Assembly: GCA_029259155.1 (NCBI GenBank)
Contig: JAPDJI010000001.1
Span: 1-64,000, forward strand
Origin: Candidatus Methanomethylicia archaeon
Lineage (GTDB): Archaea; Thermoproteota; Methanomethylicia; Nezhaarchaeales; B40-G2
Length of the DNA: 64,000 bases
Direction: 5' to 3'
Below are positions 31,535-39,886 of this stretch, piece after piece. The first letter of the stretch is position 1. The number at the start of each line of letters is the position of its first letter. Both the position numbers and the translations under genes were made by a program. The notes beneath the pieces were generated by a model, which was not told the DNA's origin, made no database searches, and worked only from the letters and a program-made list of their open reading frames with translations.

Positions 31535-32253
31535 ATATGCTCCCTCAAAAGGAACCTTGCTACCTCAAAGGGTATGAACGCCGCTAATAGGAACCATGCC
31601 AAGTAGTAGAGGAAGCCAACGATGAAGACTATGAAGAAACTATGTCCTTCGACTTGGAAGGGAGCCATTAACGCCATGACAAGGGTGAGGGTCAAGCAAA
31701 AAGCTACCACGTCCCTCCTTTCAACCTTCATGAATTTTTCTGAGCTTATCACCCCGAAGAGAAGACCTGAAATCAGCACTAAGATCCTAACGTCAAGCCA
31801 TGGCGCATAGGGCCTAACGAGAATAAAGATTATTCCTAGCGTTACCCCTATGAAGGCTGGGGCCTTGATCATGGTTTTAATAACCATCTCTAGGCTTGAT
31901 GCTTCCTTAACCTTAACCTTAAGCTGCACCTTGTCAGGCAAGCTTCGGTAGAGCTCATCTTTCGACCCCCTTCCCTCCATGAGGTCTATGCAGGCTTTGG
32001 CTAGCTCCGTAGCTTCATAGACATACTTTCGATTCACCTTTCTTCTACTAAGAAGGCCTGTTTCTAAGAGTTCCTCTAAGTGCTCATCTACCGTGCTTCT
32101 GGCTTTACTAACTCTCTCTGCTAACTCGCCTGCTGTGGCTGAGCCTTCTTCTATAAGGGATTTAGCGATGCGATACCTAGTTTCATCGCTGAGCGCTACA
32201 ATAGCTCTCCTAACCAGCTCGCCTTTGCTCCTCTCCACGGAGCTCCCTTCCAT
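31531..32253 (-). CDS. ArsR-type wHTH regulator with a C-terminal membrane domain (~4 TM)
   Basis: ALSDETRYRI, ELAERVSKARSTVDEHLEEL; hydrophobic C-terminal half; 4-nt overlap with sfsA. Confidence 0.8.
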   Translation of the reverse strand: MEGSSVERSKGELVRRAIVALSDETRYRIAKSLIEEGSATAGELAERVSKARSTVDEHLEELLETGLLSRRKVNRKYVYEATELAKACIDLMEGRGSKDELYRSLPDKVQLKVKVKEASSLEMVIKTMIKAPAFIGVTLGIIFILVRPYAPWLDVRILVLISGLLFGVISSEKFMKVERRDVVAFCLTLTLVMALMAPFQVEGHSFFIVFIVGFLYYLAWFLLAAFIPFEVARFLLREHM

Positions 32254-32289
32254 GATAACTCCCCTCAACTCATAGGAAAAATCTTTCGG

Positions 32290-32301
32290 CTCCGGCCGGA
32301 G
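32290..32301. promoter_or_regulatory. Perfect 12-bp palindrome in a divergent intergenic region (operator candidate)
   Basis: CTCCGGCCGGAG is self-complementary; further TCCGG copies at ~32330 and ~32354. Confidence 0.4.
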
Positions 32302-32427
32302 TTTAGCCTCACTTAAGCCAAGTGCTTTTTCCGGCCTAAATCGTCAGTTCAGCTCCGGTGTAGACCTTAACAAAGTTTAACCTCGAGCCTTGCGCCACGC
32401 CTCCTCGACGCGCTTGGAGGGAGCTGG

Positions 32428-33111
32428 TTGAGGAGGAGCGTAGTTGTCAAGGTGGTTAAGGATAAAGGGTTGTTGGGACAGGCCTTAGCGCTACTAATCC
32501 TAGCTTTACTTATAACGATGATCCCAAGCCTCATAGCTCTACTGGTATTGCTCATAGCGTACAGGGTTATCAAAGCATTAAGGCTAAGGAGGAAAAACGT
32601 AGGCTTCAAGGCTTTGAAGCTAAAGAATAGATGGCCTATCTTCACCGGGAGGATTAAGTCAAATGGGCTTAAGAAGGTGGGAAGTTTAGGTGGATGTGGG
32701 CTCTACGTACCGGAAGGAGGATCTACATGTCTACTTTGCTTAAATGGCTTCACTTTGACTGGTAGTGGTTACCTATCTCTTAAGCCGTTAGAGCCCTTCT
32801 CTATCGATGTTAAGCCTCTCATGCACGCTGCCTTAAAAATGAGGAGACAGCTAGTTGTAGCGTTCATCGTAGATCCTGGTCGTTATGGTCCTTTAAAGGT
32901 CAAAGTAGCTACTTTGGTCGTGGTTAGGGCGGTAAGGAGGTGTTTAACGGTCGATGAAAGCCAAGTAGAGTCTCTCGTAAACGAGGTCGAACGCTGTCTT
33001 GATGGGGTAAGGGCGGTCCTGATGTCTCAGCCTTACCATCTAGAACTTGATGTCCTAAGCGGTGACGACCTCATCAACGCCAACCTGCTCTTGGTGGGGG
33101 GCTATGCGTAG
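32428..33111 (+). CDS. Hypothetical protein with an N-terminal membrane anchor
   Basis: Hydrophobic stretch at aa ~14-45 (1-2 TM) followed by basic residues; first gene of a coupled operon. Confidence 0.7.
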   Translation: MRRSVVVKVVKDKGLLGQALALLILALLITMIPSLIALLVLLIAYRVIKALRLRRKNVGFKALKLKNRWPIFTGRIKSNGLKKVGSLGGCGLYVPEGGSTCLLCLNGFTLTGSGYLSLKPLEPFSIDVKPLMHAALKMRRQLVVAFIVDPGRYGPLKVKVATLVVVRAVRRCLTVDESQVESLVNEVERCLDGVRAVLMSQPYHLELDVLSGDDLINANLLLVGGYA

Positions 33112-34525
33112 GGACATTTATGAAGGTTCTGACGTGTTTTCGCCCTTCATTCCCACTCCTCTACCACCAATAGAGGGGGTGAGGGGCGAGTTATTCCATA
33201 TAGGCGATGTTAGAGGGGAGGATGGATGGCAGCCTTTCCTCGTGGACCTTAGAGACCTTAAGTTCATCATCCTTGCGGGCCCTAAGAAAGCCAGGGTTTC
33301 CATAGGAGCTTCCTTATTGTTCAAAGAGTTCTTGGCGAGTATAGGGTTCACGGTGCTGGATACTGGAAGAGGTTACCGAACACTGTTCAAGGCTCTCCCG
33401 AGAGCTAAGCTATATAGGCTTGGCCTCGACTCTACATTAAATCCTTTCTCGATACCTGAAACTTGGAGAGAGTTTGAGGCTTACAGCTACGCATCGTTGG
33501 TTTCGAAGAGCTATGCTATATGCTTCAACCTTACGAGGATCCATGCTTCATTGATGTGTCGGGCTCTATGCAAGCTATATGCCGAGAAATCCAATCCCAC
33601 ATTATTGGAGGTAATACAGGCTGTTGAGGGTGAAGTGGAGCCTCTAGCTAGGCTTCAAGGCTTTGCTGAAGAGTTGAAGTCGCTGTTGGCCTCCATGCAG
33701 GAAGGCTATGTAGGTGCCTGCCTACTAGGCGTAGAGGAGGTACCTTCACCTTCGGAGTTGGAGGAAGCGTGCATAGTGGAGCTTAGTTATCTACCTACCT
33801 CTGAGCTTAGGGCGTTTATCCAGGCCTGCTTCATGGCCAAGCTCTCCATTACAGCTAGGCTGAAAGGTTTAATGAGTCAATATACCTTGCTTATCGAGGA
33901 TGCTCAGCACCTCTTCCAGGAGACTAGGGGATGGAAGTTGGAAGAACTTATCTCAAATATGTTAGATGCTGGCTTAAACCTACATTTAAGCACCCCTAGC
34001 GCAGCAGCCTTACCCTCTACTTTGAGAGGAGAAGGCATTATCATACTAGAGGCTTTGGAGGGGGGCTTAGCTCACTTGGTTAAAGTTTCAACTTCTCGCG
34101 GGAAAATGGAAGCTAAATTAAGCACCTACTCATGGTTGGAGGATGACCTCACAGATTGTGACGTAGACCTCCTCGTGGAGTCGAGGACGGGAGTAAAGCC
34201 TAGAAGAGTTGGAGCTCCACGTAGACGTAGCTTAACGACTCTTGAGGAACTTTTCTTAAAGGAAGAAGTCAGAGCTGAAGCCTATAACATTCTATCTTAC
34301 CTGAGAGATAACTACTCGACGTTTAAAGGCCTCTTCGAGCTCATGAACTTGCCTAAGGAGCTTGCTAGGAAGACCCTCATTAAGCTTTATCGAAATAAAC
34401 TCATCGCCCAGAGCGAGGTGGGAGGAGTCAAGGTAGTTACGCTGACTGATCTTGGTAGGCTAGTACTTGAAGAGTATGAAAGCTCTCTGGAAGGTGAAGG
34501 AATTGATGGAGGTAAGGTGGCTTAG
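33104..34525 (+). CDS. Degenerate HerA/VirB4-like ATPase with a C-terminal winged helix
   Basis: FHIG..., FIILAGPKKARVS (eroded Walker A), TVLD.GRGY, TLNPF, LLIEDAQHLF (Walker-B-like), C-terminal LIKLYRNKLI...VTLTDLGR. Start placed at ATG 33104. Confidence 0.65.
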   Translation: MRRDIYEGSDVFSPFIPTPLPPIEGVRGELFHIGDVRGEDGWQPFLVDLRDLKFIILAGPKKARVSIGASLLFKEFLASIGFTVLDTGRGYRTLFKALPRAKLYRLGLDSTLNPFSIPETWREFEAYSYASLVSKSYAICFNLTRIHASLMCRALCKLYAEKSNPTLLEVIQAVEGEVEPLARLQGFAEELKSLLASMQEGYVGACLLGVEEVPSPSELEEACIVELSYLPTSELRAFIQACFMAKLSITARLKGLMSQYTLLIEDAQHLFQETRGWKLEELISNMLDAGLNLHLSTPSAAALPSTLRGEGIIILEALEGGLAHLVKVSTSRGKMEAKLSTYSWLEDDLTDCDVDLLVESRTGVKPRRVGAPRRRSLTTLEELFLKEEVRAEAYNILSYLRDNYSTFKGLFELMNLPKELARKTLIKLYRNKLIAQSEVGGVKVVTLTDLGRLVLEEYESSLEGEGIDGGKVA

Positions 34526-34805
34526 CGGAAGTAGCTGCGAATGGTTGGTAAAGAGGCTAGGCTCATCTTTCATCTTTGTTAGGCTCGAGGTGGCTGATAA
34601 AGATGGCTCACCTTTACTTCGCCGAAGCCTCTTATTGAAGGGGAAGCGCGGTCGTGTGAAGCTAGTTTTCACGGAGGAGTACGAGCTGGAGGATGCGTTA
34701 AAGACGCTTAGGGCTCAAGGCCTCCTTGTCGGCAGGTTAAGGCTACGCTCCTCCAGGCCTCCTTCCAAGCTCATTCCTGAAAACCTGAAAGGGGGTGGTG
34801 GATAA
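34503..34805 (+). CDS. Small basic hypothetical protein
   Basis: Overlaps both neighbours; GGTG SD before TTG 34503 / ATG 34506; TAATG junction with the radA-like gene. Confidence 0.55.
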   Translation: MMEVRWLSGSSCEWLVKRLGSSFIFVRLEVADKDGSPLLRRSLLLKGKRGRVKLVFTEEYELEDALKTLRAQGLLVGRLRLRSSRPPSKLIPENLKGGGG

Positions 34806-35764
34806 TGAAAGAATTAACCCTAAAGGATATCACCGGTATAGGGGAGAAGACCGCTAAGAAGCTAGAGAAGGCTGGAGTTACTTCGCCTAGGCAACTAGCG
34901 TTAATGACAGCATCTGAGCTGGCAGCGCTAGCTGATATAGGCGAGGCTCACGCCCTGGCCATAACTGAAGCCGCTAGGAGGGAGCTTGAAAAAGTGCTGG
35001 GCATAGGTGTGGTGAAGGCTAAAGAACACTACGAACAGTTGCTGAGACAGCGAAAGCTCACCACTGGATGTAGTGGTCTCGACACCATTCTCGATGGAGG
35101 GTTAGAGCCCGCCGCTATAACAGAGTTCGTTGGAGTTTTCGGTAGTGGCAAGTCTCAGCTCATGCACCAGCTATGCGTAACAGTTCAGCTGCCTGAAGAA
35201 CAGGGTGGTTTACGTGGAAGGGCCTTCTACTTAGATACCGAGCGAGGTTTCTCGCCCAAGAGGCTGATAACCATAGCGTCAAGGTTCGGCCTGAACCCTG
35301 ACGAAGTATTGGATAACGTCTTCAGCGTCTACGTAGTCAACTCGGACCACCAAGTAGTGCTTCTCGATGAAGTTGAGAGGCTTGTTAGCAATGAAGGAGT
35401 GAAGTTGGTGGTTGTGGACAGCTTCACCTCGCATTTTAGGAAGGAATATCCTGGAAGGGACCACTTAGCGGAAAGGCAGCAGAGGCTCAACAGGTATTTG
35501 GGGCAACTCATGAGGATAGCGGTGACCTACAATGCAGTGGTAGCGGTTACTAACCAGGTAATGTCTTCACCTGATCCGAGGGATCCTCAAGAGAAGGCTG
35601 TAGGGGGCCATATCATGGGTCACGGGACCACCCACCGCATATGGTTCTGGAAACGTAAGGGACGTAAGAGACTAGCGCGCGTCATCGACTCTCCGAGACT
35701 TCCTGAAGCAGAGGCATGGTTTGAGATTCAGGATGGAGGTCTTTATGACGCTGAGCCGGAATAG
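34805..35764 (+). CDS. radA: RadA recombinase, probably a divergent paralog
   Basis: N-terminal HhH (ITGIGEKTAKKL), Walker A GVFGSGKS, LDTE, VVDSFTSHFRKEYPGR..LAERQQRL, TNQV, GGHIMGH, IDSP.LPE.EA.F. Confidence 0.85.
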   Translation: MKELTLKDITGIGEKTAKKLEKAGVTSPRQLALMTASELAALADIGEAHALAITEAARRELEKVLGIGVVKAKEHYEQLLRQRKLTTGCSGLDTILDGGLEPAAITEFVGVFGSGKSQLMHQLCVTVQLPEEQGGLRGRAFYLDTERGFSPKRLITIASRFGLNPDEVLDNVFSVYVVNSDHQVVLLDEVERLVSNEGVKLVVVDSFTSHFRKEYPGRDHLAERQQRLNRYLGQLMRIAVTYNAVVAVTNQVMSSPDPRDPQEKAVGGHIMGHGTTHRIWFWKRKGRKRLARVIDSPRLPEAEAWFEIQDGGLYDAEPE

Positions 35765-36071
35765 TGCTGAGCAGCTTTCTTGGGCGTTAACTAAGCTTAA
35801 GTCTAGGTTTACGGGTAAAAGCGAGTCTTGGGTACGTCGATGCCTTAAGAGGCTCAGAGACGTAGAGGAAATAGAAGTCGGTACTTGGAGGGTTAAGGGA
35901 AGATTTGAGCTCGGCGACCGTTATCCCAATTACCTCGTCAAGGTAGTGAACGGTAGATACCAGTGCTCCTGCCATGATCCTCATAAGCCTTACTCTAGGT
36001 TTCGTAGGAGGTCGGTGTGCAGCCACATAGGTGCTGTCATACTTTACAGGGCTTTGAGGAAGCTAAGGTGA
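35745..36071 (+). CDS. SWIM zinc-finger protein
   Basis: W.V.G.....Y.V followed by CSC-x15-CSH (CxC-xn-CxH). Confidence 0.85.
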   Translation: MTLSRNSAEQLSWALTKLKSRFTGKSESWVRRCLKRLRDVEEIEVGTWRVKGRFELGDRYPNYLVKVVNGRYQCSCHDPHKPYSRFRRRSVCSHIGAVILYRALRKLR

Positions 36072-36613
36072 AGGATTTGAGCTACGAGAAGCTCCAACAG
36101 ATAGTAAAGGGAGGCTTGACGGCTCTGGTTTACGGTGGAAGTGCGCTTGAGAGGATCGAGTACCTCATGGAGGTGGCTAAGCTAGCCTTAAAGGAGGGCT
36201 CCTTCGCCCTCTACTTCTCTATCTATGAAGGATCCACGTTCCTCATAGTGGATGTCGCCTCGAGAAAGGGGTTGGAGAATTTACTCGACAAGATCTACGT
36301 TGCTATACTACCTCTAGATGTCGCGAAGCTTGGAAAGGTTATCGAAGCTCTCCGGGGCTTATTGAACGAGGAGAAGTTAACTCTAATCGTCTACGACCAG
36401 GTCTTTACAGCCATTTATTACACGTCGCTGGGCGATCCTGAGGTCAAGAGTAGGCTTAACACCTTGCTGTCAATGGTTAAGGCTCTTTCAAGGAAACATG
36501 GATTCTGCACCTTACTGCTAGACAGGGCTAAGGTGGATGGTTCTCCTCGAACTCCTCGTTTTATTTTAAGGTATGTAGACGAAAGCGTATCTTTACGCTC
36601 AGTCAACGTTTAG
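36068..36613 (+). CDS. Degenerate RecA-fold (RadB/Rad55-like) protein
   Basis: GGLTALVYGGSALERI (eroded Walker A), ALYFS, LLDKIYVA, LIVYD (Walker-B-like), LSRKHGFCTLL; GTGA overlap with the SWIM gene. Confidence 0.6.
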   Translation: MKDLSYEKLQQIVKGGLTALVYGGSALERIEYLMEVAKLALKEGSFALYFSIYEGSTFLIVDVASRKGLENLLDKIYVAILPLDVAKLGKVIEALRGLLNEEKLTLIVYDQVFTAIYYTSLGDPEVKSRLNTLLSMVKALSRKHGFCTLLLDRAKVDGSPRTPRFILRYVDESVSLRSVNV

Positions 36614-36991
36614 GGAGGAGGGCTTGGTTTCCATAAGTATGTTTTTTTCCTCCGTAAATGAAGGGGCACATATACACCAGAACTTGAGCTCCCTATTGCC
36701 ATTATTCACGGCATAGTGAACAGCTCCTTTAGGTATCAATACACAGTCTCCACGTGCAACTTTAAAGATCTCGCCGTCCACGTATACCTCTCCTTTCCCT
36801 TCAATGACTAGGTAGAGCTCCACGAAGTCGTGGTGGTGGCTTAAAGTGGCTTCACCTGGCTTAACGGTAGCTAGAGCTAAGCTGACCTCATAAGTGTTGG
36901 TCGGCCTAATACCTATGAGTTCTATTACTTCAGCCCCATCGGGAGCTTTCACTCTTAGCCCTTTGCGAAGGTTTCTCTTAACAGGCTTCAA
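36599..36991 (-). CDS. Cupin domain protein
   Basis: PG......HHH...ELY.V.EG.G and GDCVLIPKG..H...N.G. Confidence 0.9.
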   Translation of the reverse strand: MKPVKRNLRKGLRVKAPDGAEVIELIGIRPTNTYEVSLALATVKPGEATLSHHHDFVELYLVIEGKGEVYVDGEIFKVARGDCVLIPKGAVHYAVNNGNRELKFWCICAPSFTEEKNILMETKPSSLNVD

Positions 36992-37637
36992 GCTTTTTCA
37001 GAACCTCCAAGAGCTTAAAAGGTGAGTCTATAACATAGTCTACCCATGGACTCACTACCTCTTGATTAGAGACGAGGACGGTTATCATACCAAGCTCCTT
37101 AGCTGGCTTAACCTCATCTTCCACCCTATCACCCATATAGACGGTTTCCTTCGCTGGTACGCCTAACAACTCTAAGCCTCTCAGGTACGGTTTGGGGCTA
37201 GTCTTAGGTTCTACTTCGCTACTAGTGATTAAAGCATCTACGGCATCGAGAGGTATCTTGAGCGCTCCCATGGTTCCTAGCGCGTGAGGTCTACCCGAGT
37301 TGGTTATGATAGCTACCTTATAGCCCATGCTACGTAACTGGCGTAGAAACTCAGCGATTTTAGGATCTGGTTTAAGCAGCTCTGTATACCTGAGCCTTTT
37401 AGATAACTCATCATAGAAGTAGTGTCGTGATACCCCTACATACTCGATGCTCCTCGTCAAGGTTACGCATATTTTCCTAGCTTCTGTCAATCGGTGCTGA
37501 GCTTCTTCAACGCTCACACCGAGTTTTTCCGATACGATCTCCAGCGTCAGCCTCTTAATCTCAGCCTCATACTTAGGACATCTATAGAGCGTGCCGTCGA
37601 GATCGGTTAGTATAGCTTTAATCTTAGTCAACTTCAT
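36978..37637 (-). CDS. HAD-superfamily hydrolase
   Basis: DLDGTL, ITNS, PK, MGDR...EV.PAKELGM. Confidence 0.9.
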   Translation of the reverse strand: MKLTKIKAILTDLDGTLYRCPKYEAEIKRLTLEIVSEKLGVSVEEAQHRLTEARKICVTLTRSIEYVGVSRHYFYDELSKRLRYTELLKPDPKIAEFLRQLRSMGYKVAIITNSGRPHALGTMGALKIPLDAVDALITSSEVEPKTSPKPYLRGLELLGVPAKETVYMGDRVEDEVKPAKELGMITVLVSNQEVVSPWVDYVIDSPFKLLEVLKKLEAC

Positions 37638-37698
37638 CCCTTTCCTTGTTCGAGCAACTTAGACTTATAACTTTCAGCTAGCTATTAGTCTAGCGTGA

Positions 37699-38136
37699 AT
37701 GGGAATGAAGCTTAAGACTGTTTTCTTAGCGGCAGGGGTTTTCATAGCAGCCTTGGGGGTAGGTGCCTTATATTACGCTCTTGAGGTGTATCCATACCTT
37801 GTGGCTGGCTATGGAGGCTCTGAGCCCTTTACGTTGAGTACGGTTAACGGCTATACTTTCATACTCCCTGTTTGGACCGGGTCTAAGGTAAATGTTCAAG
37901 TCTACGCTAACAACACGGTTCAGGTGTGGGTCGAAGGTGAGTTGATGGGAGAGGGGAATCAGGTTTTCTTTGACCTAGAGCCTGAGAAGCAACATCTAAT
38001 TATGGTTACTTCCGAGGTTCCCGTCGAGGGGAGAATTTCCTTCAGACAGCAGCCTCCGGAGGTGCTCTTGCTGGTAGCAGGTTTTATGGTTGTATTAGGG
38101 GTGTCTATTTTCATTGCCTCCTTTAAGCTACGCTAG
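37699..38136 (+). CDS. Hypothetical membrane protein (N- and C-terminal TM helices)
   Basis: 145-aa ORF with two terminal hydrophobic helices. Confidence 0.65.
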   Translation: MGMKLKTVFLAAGVFIAALGVGALYYALEVYPYLVAGYGGSEPFTLSTVNGYTFILPVWTGSKVNVQVYANNTVQVWVEGELMGEGNQVFFDLEPEKQHLIMVTSEVPVEGRISFRQQPPEVLLLVAGFMVVLGVSIFIASFKLR

Positions 38137-38189
38137 CCTTCCTGTAGCCTCAGTTTTATAGCATACTCCTCCTATCCACTTTTAGGGGC

Positions 38190-38977
38190 TTGAACTTGTA
38201 TAATCCATTAGAATATGCTGAAAGGCTGAAGCAACTTGTAGTTAGAGGTATGGCAAGGAAGTATTATAGAGTAGCTAGAGGCGGTAGATGGTACGGCGGT
38301 AAGTAGGCTTACGCCTACCCGCATTCGCTACCGCAGACTGTGTAGGCTGTCCTCTAAAATGCGTGTTCTGCTGGAGTAACGTGTCTCGAGACTCTCCTGA
38401 AAGCGTGGGGCGTTTCTATACGCCATCACAGGTGTTTAAGGCTCTCGATGCTATTGCAAGTAAACGAGGCTACACTCAGCTTAGGGTGAGTGGTAATGAA
38501 CCTACTCTCGGCAGGGACCACCTTCTAAGCCTCTTAGACCTCGTTGAGGAGGCAGGGCGCTACACCTTCATTTTGGAAACTAACGGCATCCTAATAGGCC
38601 ATGACTCATCTTATGCACGCGATCTAGCCAAGTACAGGTGTATTCATGTTAGGGTGAGCTTGAAAGGAGCTTCACGTGAAGAGTTTACCAGGCTTACTGG
38701 AGCTATACCTGAAGCCTTTGACCTTCAATTAAAGGCACTTGAAAACCTCCTCAAGGAAGGTGTACCGTGTCATCCAGCTGTCATGTTATCCTTTAGCTCT
38801 AAGGACTCGCTCAAAGCGCTAACATCAAAGTTAAGGTCCATCGACCCCACCCTCGTCGAGGAACTTGAAGAAGAATACGTGTTCATGTACCCTCACGTAG
38901 CTGAGAGGCTTAAGAAGGCTGGAATACAACCTAAGATAGCCTACAGCCCCAACAGGATACCTGAAGAGCTTATATGA
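38190..38977 (+). CDS. Radical SAM protein interrupted by an intron (exon 1 38190-38301, exon 2 38325-38977; 254 aa spliced)
   Basis: Exon 1 reads ...RKYYRVARGGRWYGG; exon 2 reads ATADCVGCPLKCVFCWS...SGNEPT...LETNG...VRVSLKG. Joining gives GG-I-ATADC and an intact CxxxCxxC. Start is TTG 38190 or TTG 38196. Confidence 0.88.
38302..38324 (+). other. 23-nt archaeal bulge-helix-bulge intron in a protein-coding gene
   Basis: Central helix GCGG(38296-99)/CCGC(38319-22); 3-nt bulges TAA(38300-02) and ATT(38323-25); intron stem GTAGGC/GCCTAC with a TTAC loop. Cuts after the second nucleotide of each bulge restore the frame. Confidence 0.88.
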
Positions 38978-38986
38978 ACAAAATAC

Positions 38987-39004
38987 CCGCTAAGAGGTTA
39001 GCGG
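38987..39004. terminator. Hairpin between convergent genes
   Basis: CCGCTAA-GAGG-TTAGCGG, a 7-bp perfect stem 10 nt after the radical SAM stop codon. Confidence 0.4.
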
Positions 39005-39061
39005 AAAGGTTTACGGTTTGCATCAAAGCTACGTAAGCTTCGCGTGGCAGCTTGCCTATAT

Positions 39062-39775
39062 TCATCCTTCTAGACCCATTAACCTAACCGCATTTCCCCC
39101 AAGCACTCTAGCCTTGTCCTCCTCGCTTAGTTGAAGAGAAAGCAGCTTCTCAACCTCATGCTTCATGTAGCCAAAAGGTATGTCAGAGCCGAACAATAAG
39201 CGATGGGAGCCAAGTTCCTCTAAAAACCTCTTTACGGTGCTGCTCGGAGCCAGCGAGGTGTCGAAGTAGACATTATCTTCATGCTTAAACTTCTCTAGGA
39301 AAGCTAGCGGAGAACCTCCGAGCATACCTAAATGAGGTATCACGAGCGTCACCTCTGGGAATAAGTTCACGAACCTAACCGTAAACTCAAGCTCCTCCTC
39401 AAAGATGACGGGTAAGCGTAACTTGGCAACTGTCCTTGCGAATCCCTCAAGCCTAGGGTCAGAGAGCACGCTGTAATTAGATTTTGTATCCGATATCCCT
39501 CTGACCCAATGCCACTTAACGCCTCGGAAACGTGGATTGCTAGGTGGCGTTAAGTCGTCTGGGGCGTAGTAAAACGGTATGAAACTACTATGGTGTTCGG
39601 CTTGCCCCAATACCCACTCAACTATGGATGGATCTGACACGGCTGTGGAAGGGAATGGAAACACTACGGCCCTATCTACCCCAGCCTCCGACATTTGCCT
39701 TAAAATCTCCTCTGAGGTTATAGAGATCCCGAGCACCAGCGACGGCCCCAAATGTGTATGGAAGTCTATAATCAC
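39062..39775 (-). CDS. Amidohydrolase family (TIM barrel) protein
   Basis: IIDFHTH, GVKWH, PHLG, VYFDTS, LLFGSDIPF. Confidence 0.88.
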   Translation of the reverse strand: MIIDFHTHLGPSLVLGISITSEEILRQMSEAGVDRAVVFPFPSTAVSDPSIVEWVLGQAEHHSSFIPFYYAPDDLTPPSNPRFRGVKWHWVRGISDTKSNYSVLSDPRLEGFARTVAKLRLPVIFEEELEFTVRFVNLFPEVTLVIPHLGMLGGSPLAFLEKFKHEDNVYFDTSLAPSSTVKRFLEELGSHRLLFGSDIPFGYMKHEVEKLLSLQLSEEDKARVLGGNAVRLMGLEG

Positions 39776-39886
39776 GTTTATCTGCCCCCTAGGGCTCAGC
39801 TGGTGATGGTTTTTGTAATTATAGTTCAGAGGAAACCTCCACTTTTAAGTATGTCGAGTTACGCTTCCTCTATAAGAGGGTCTACT

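Noticed and set aside
38300-38326. Radical SAM frame break read as a sequencing error or pseudogene
   Set aside because: A single-base indel would leave about eight extra residues in a conserved motif. The extra 23 nt form an exact BHB whose canonical cut sites restore both the frame and the Ile codon.
38363-38977. ORF-track 204-aa protein starting at GTG 38363
   Set aside because: That start falls inside the CxxxCxxC motif; it is an artefact of the intron.
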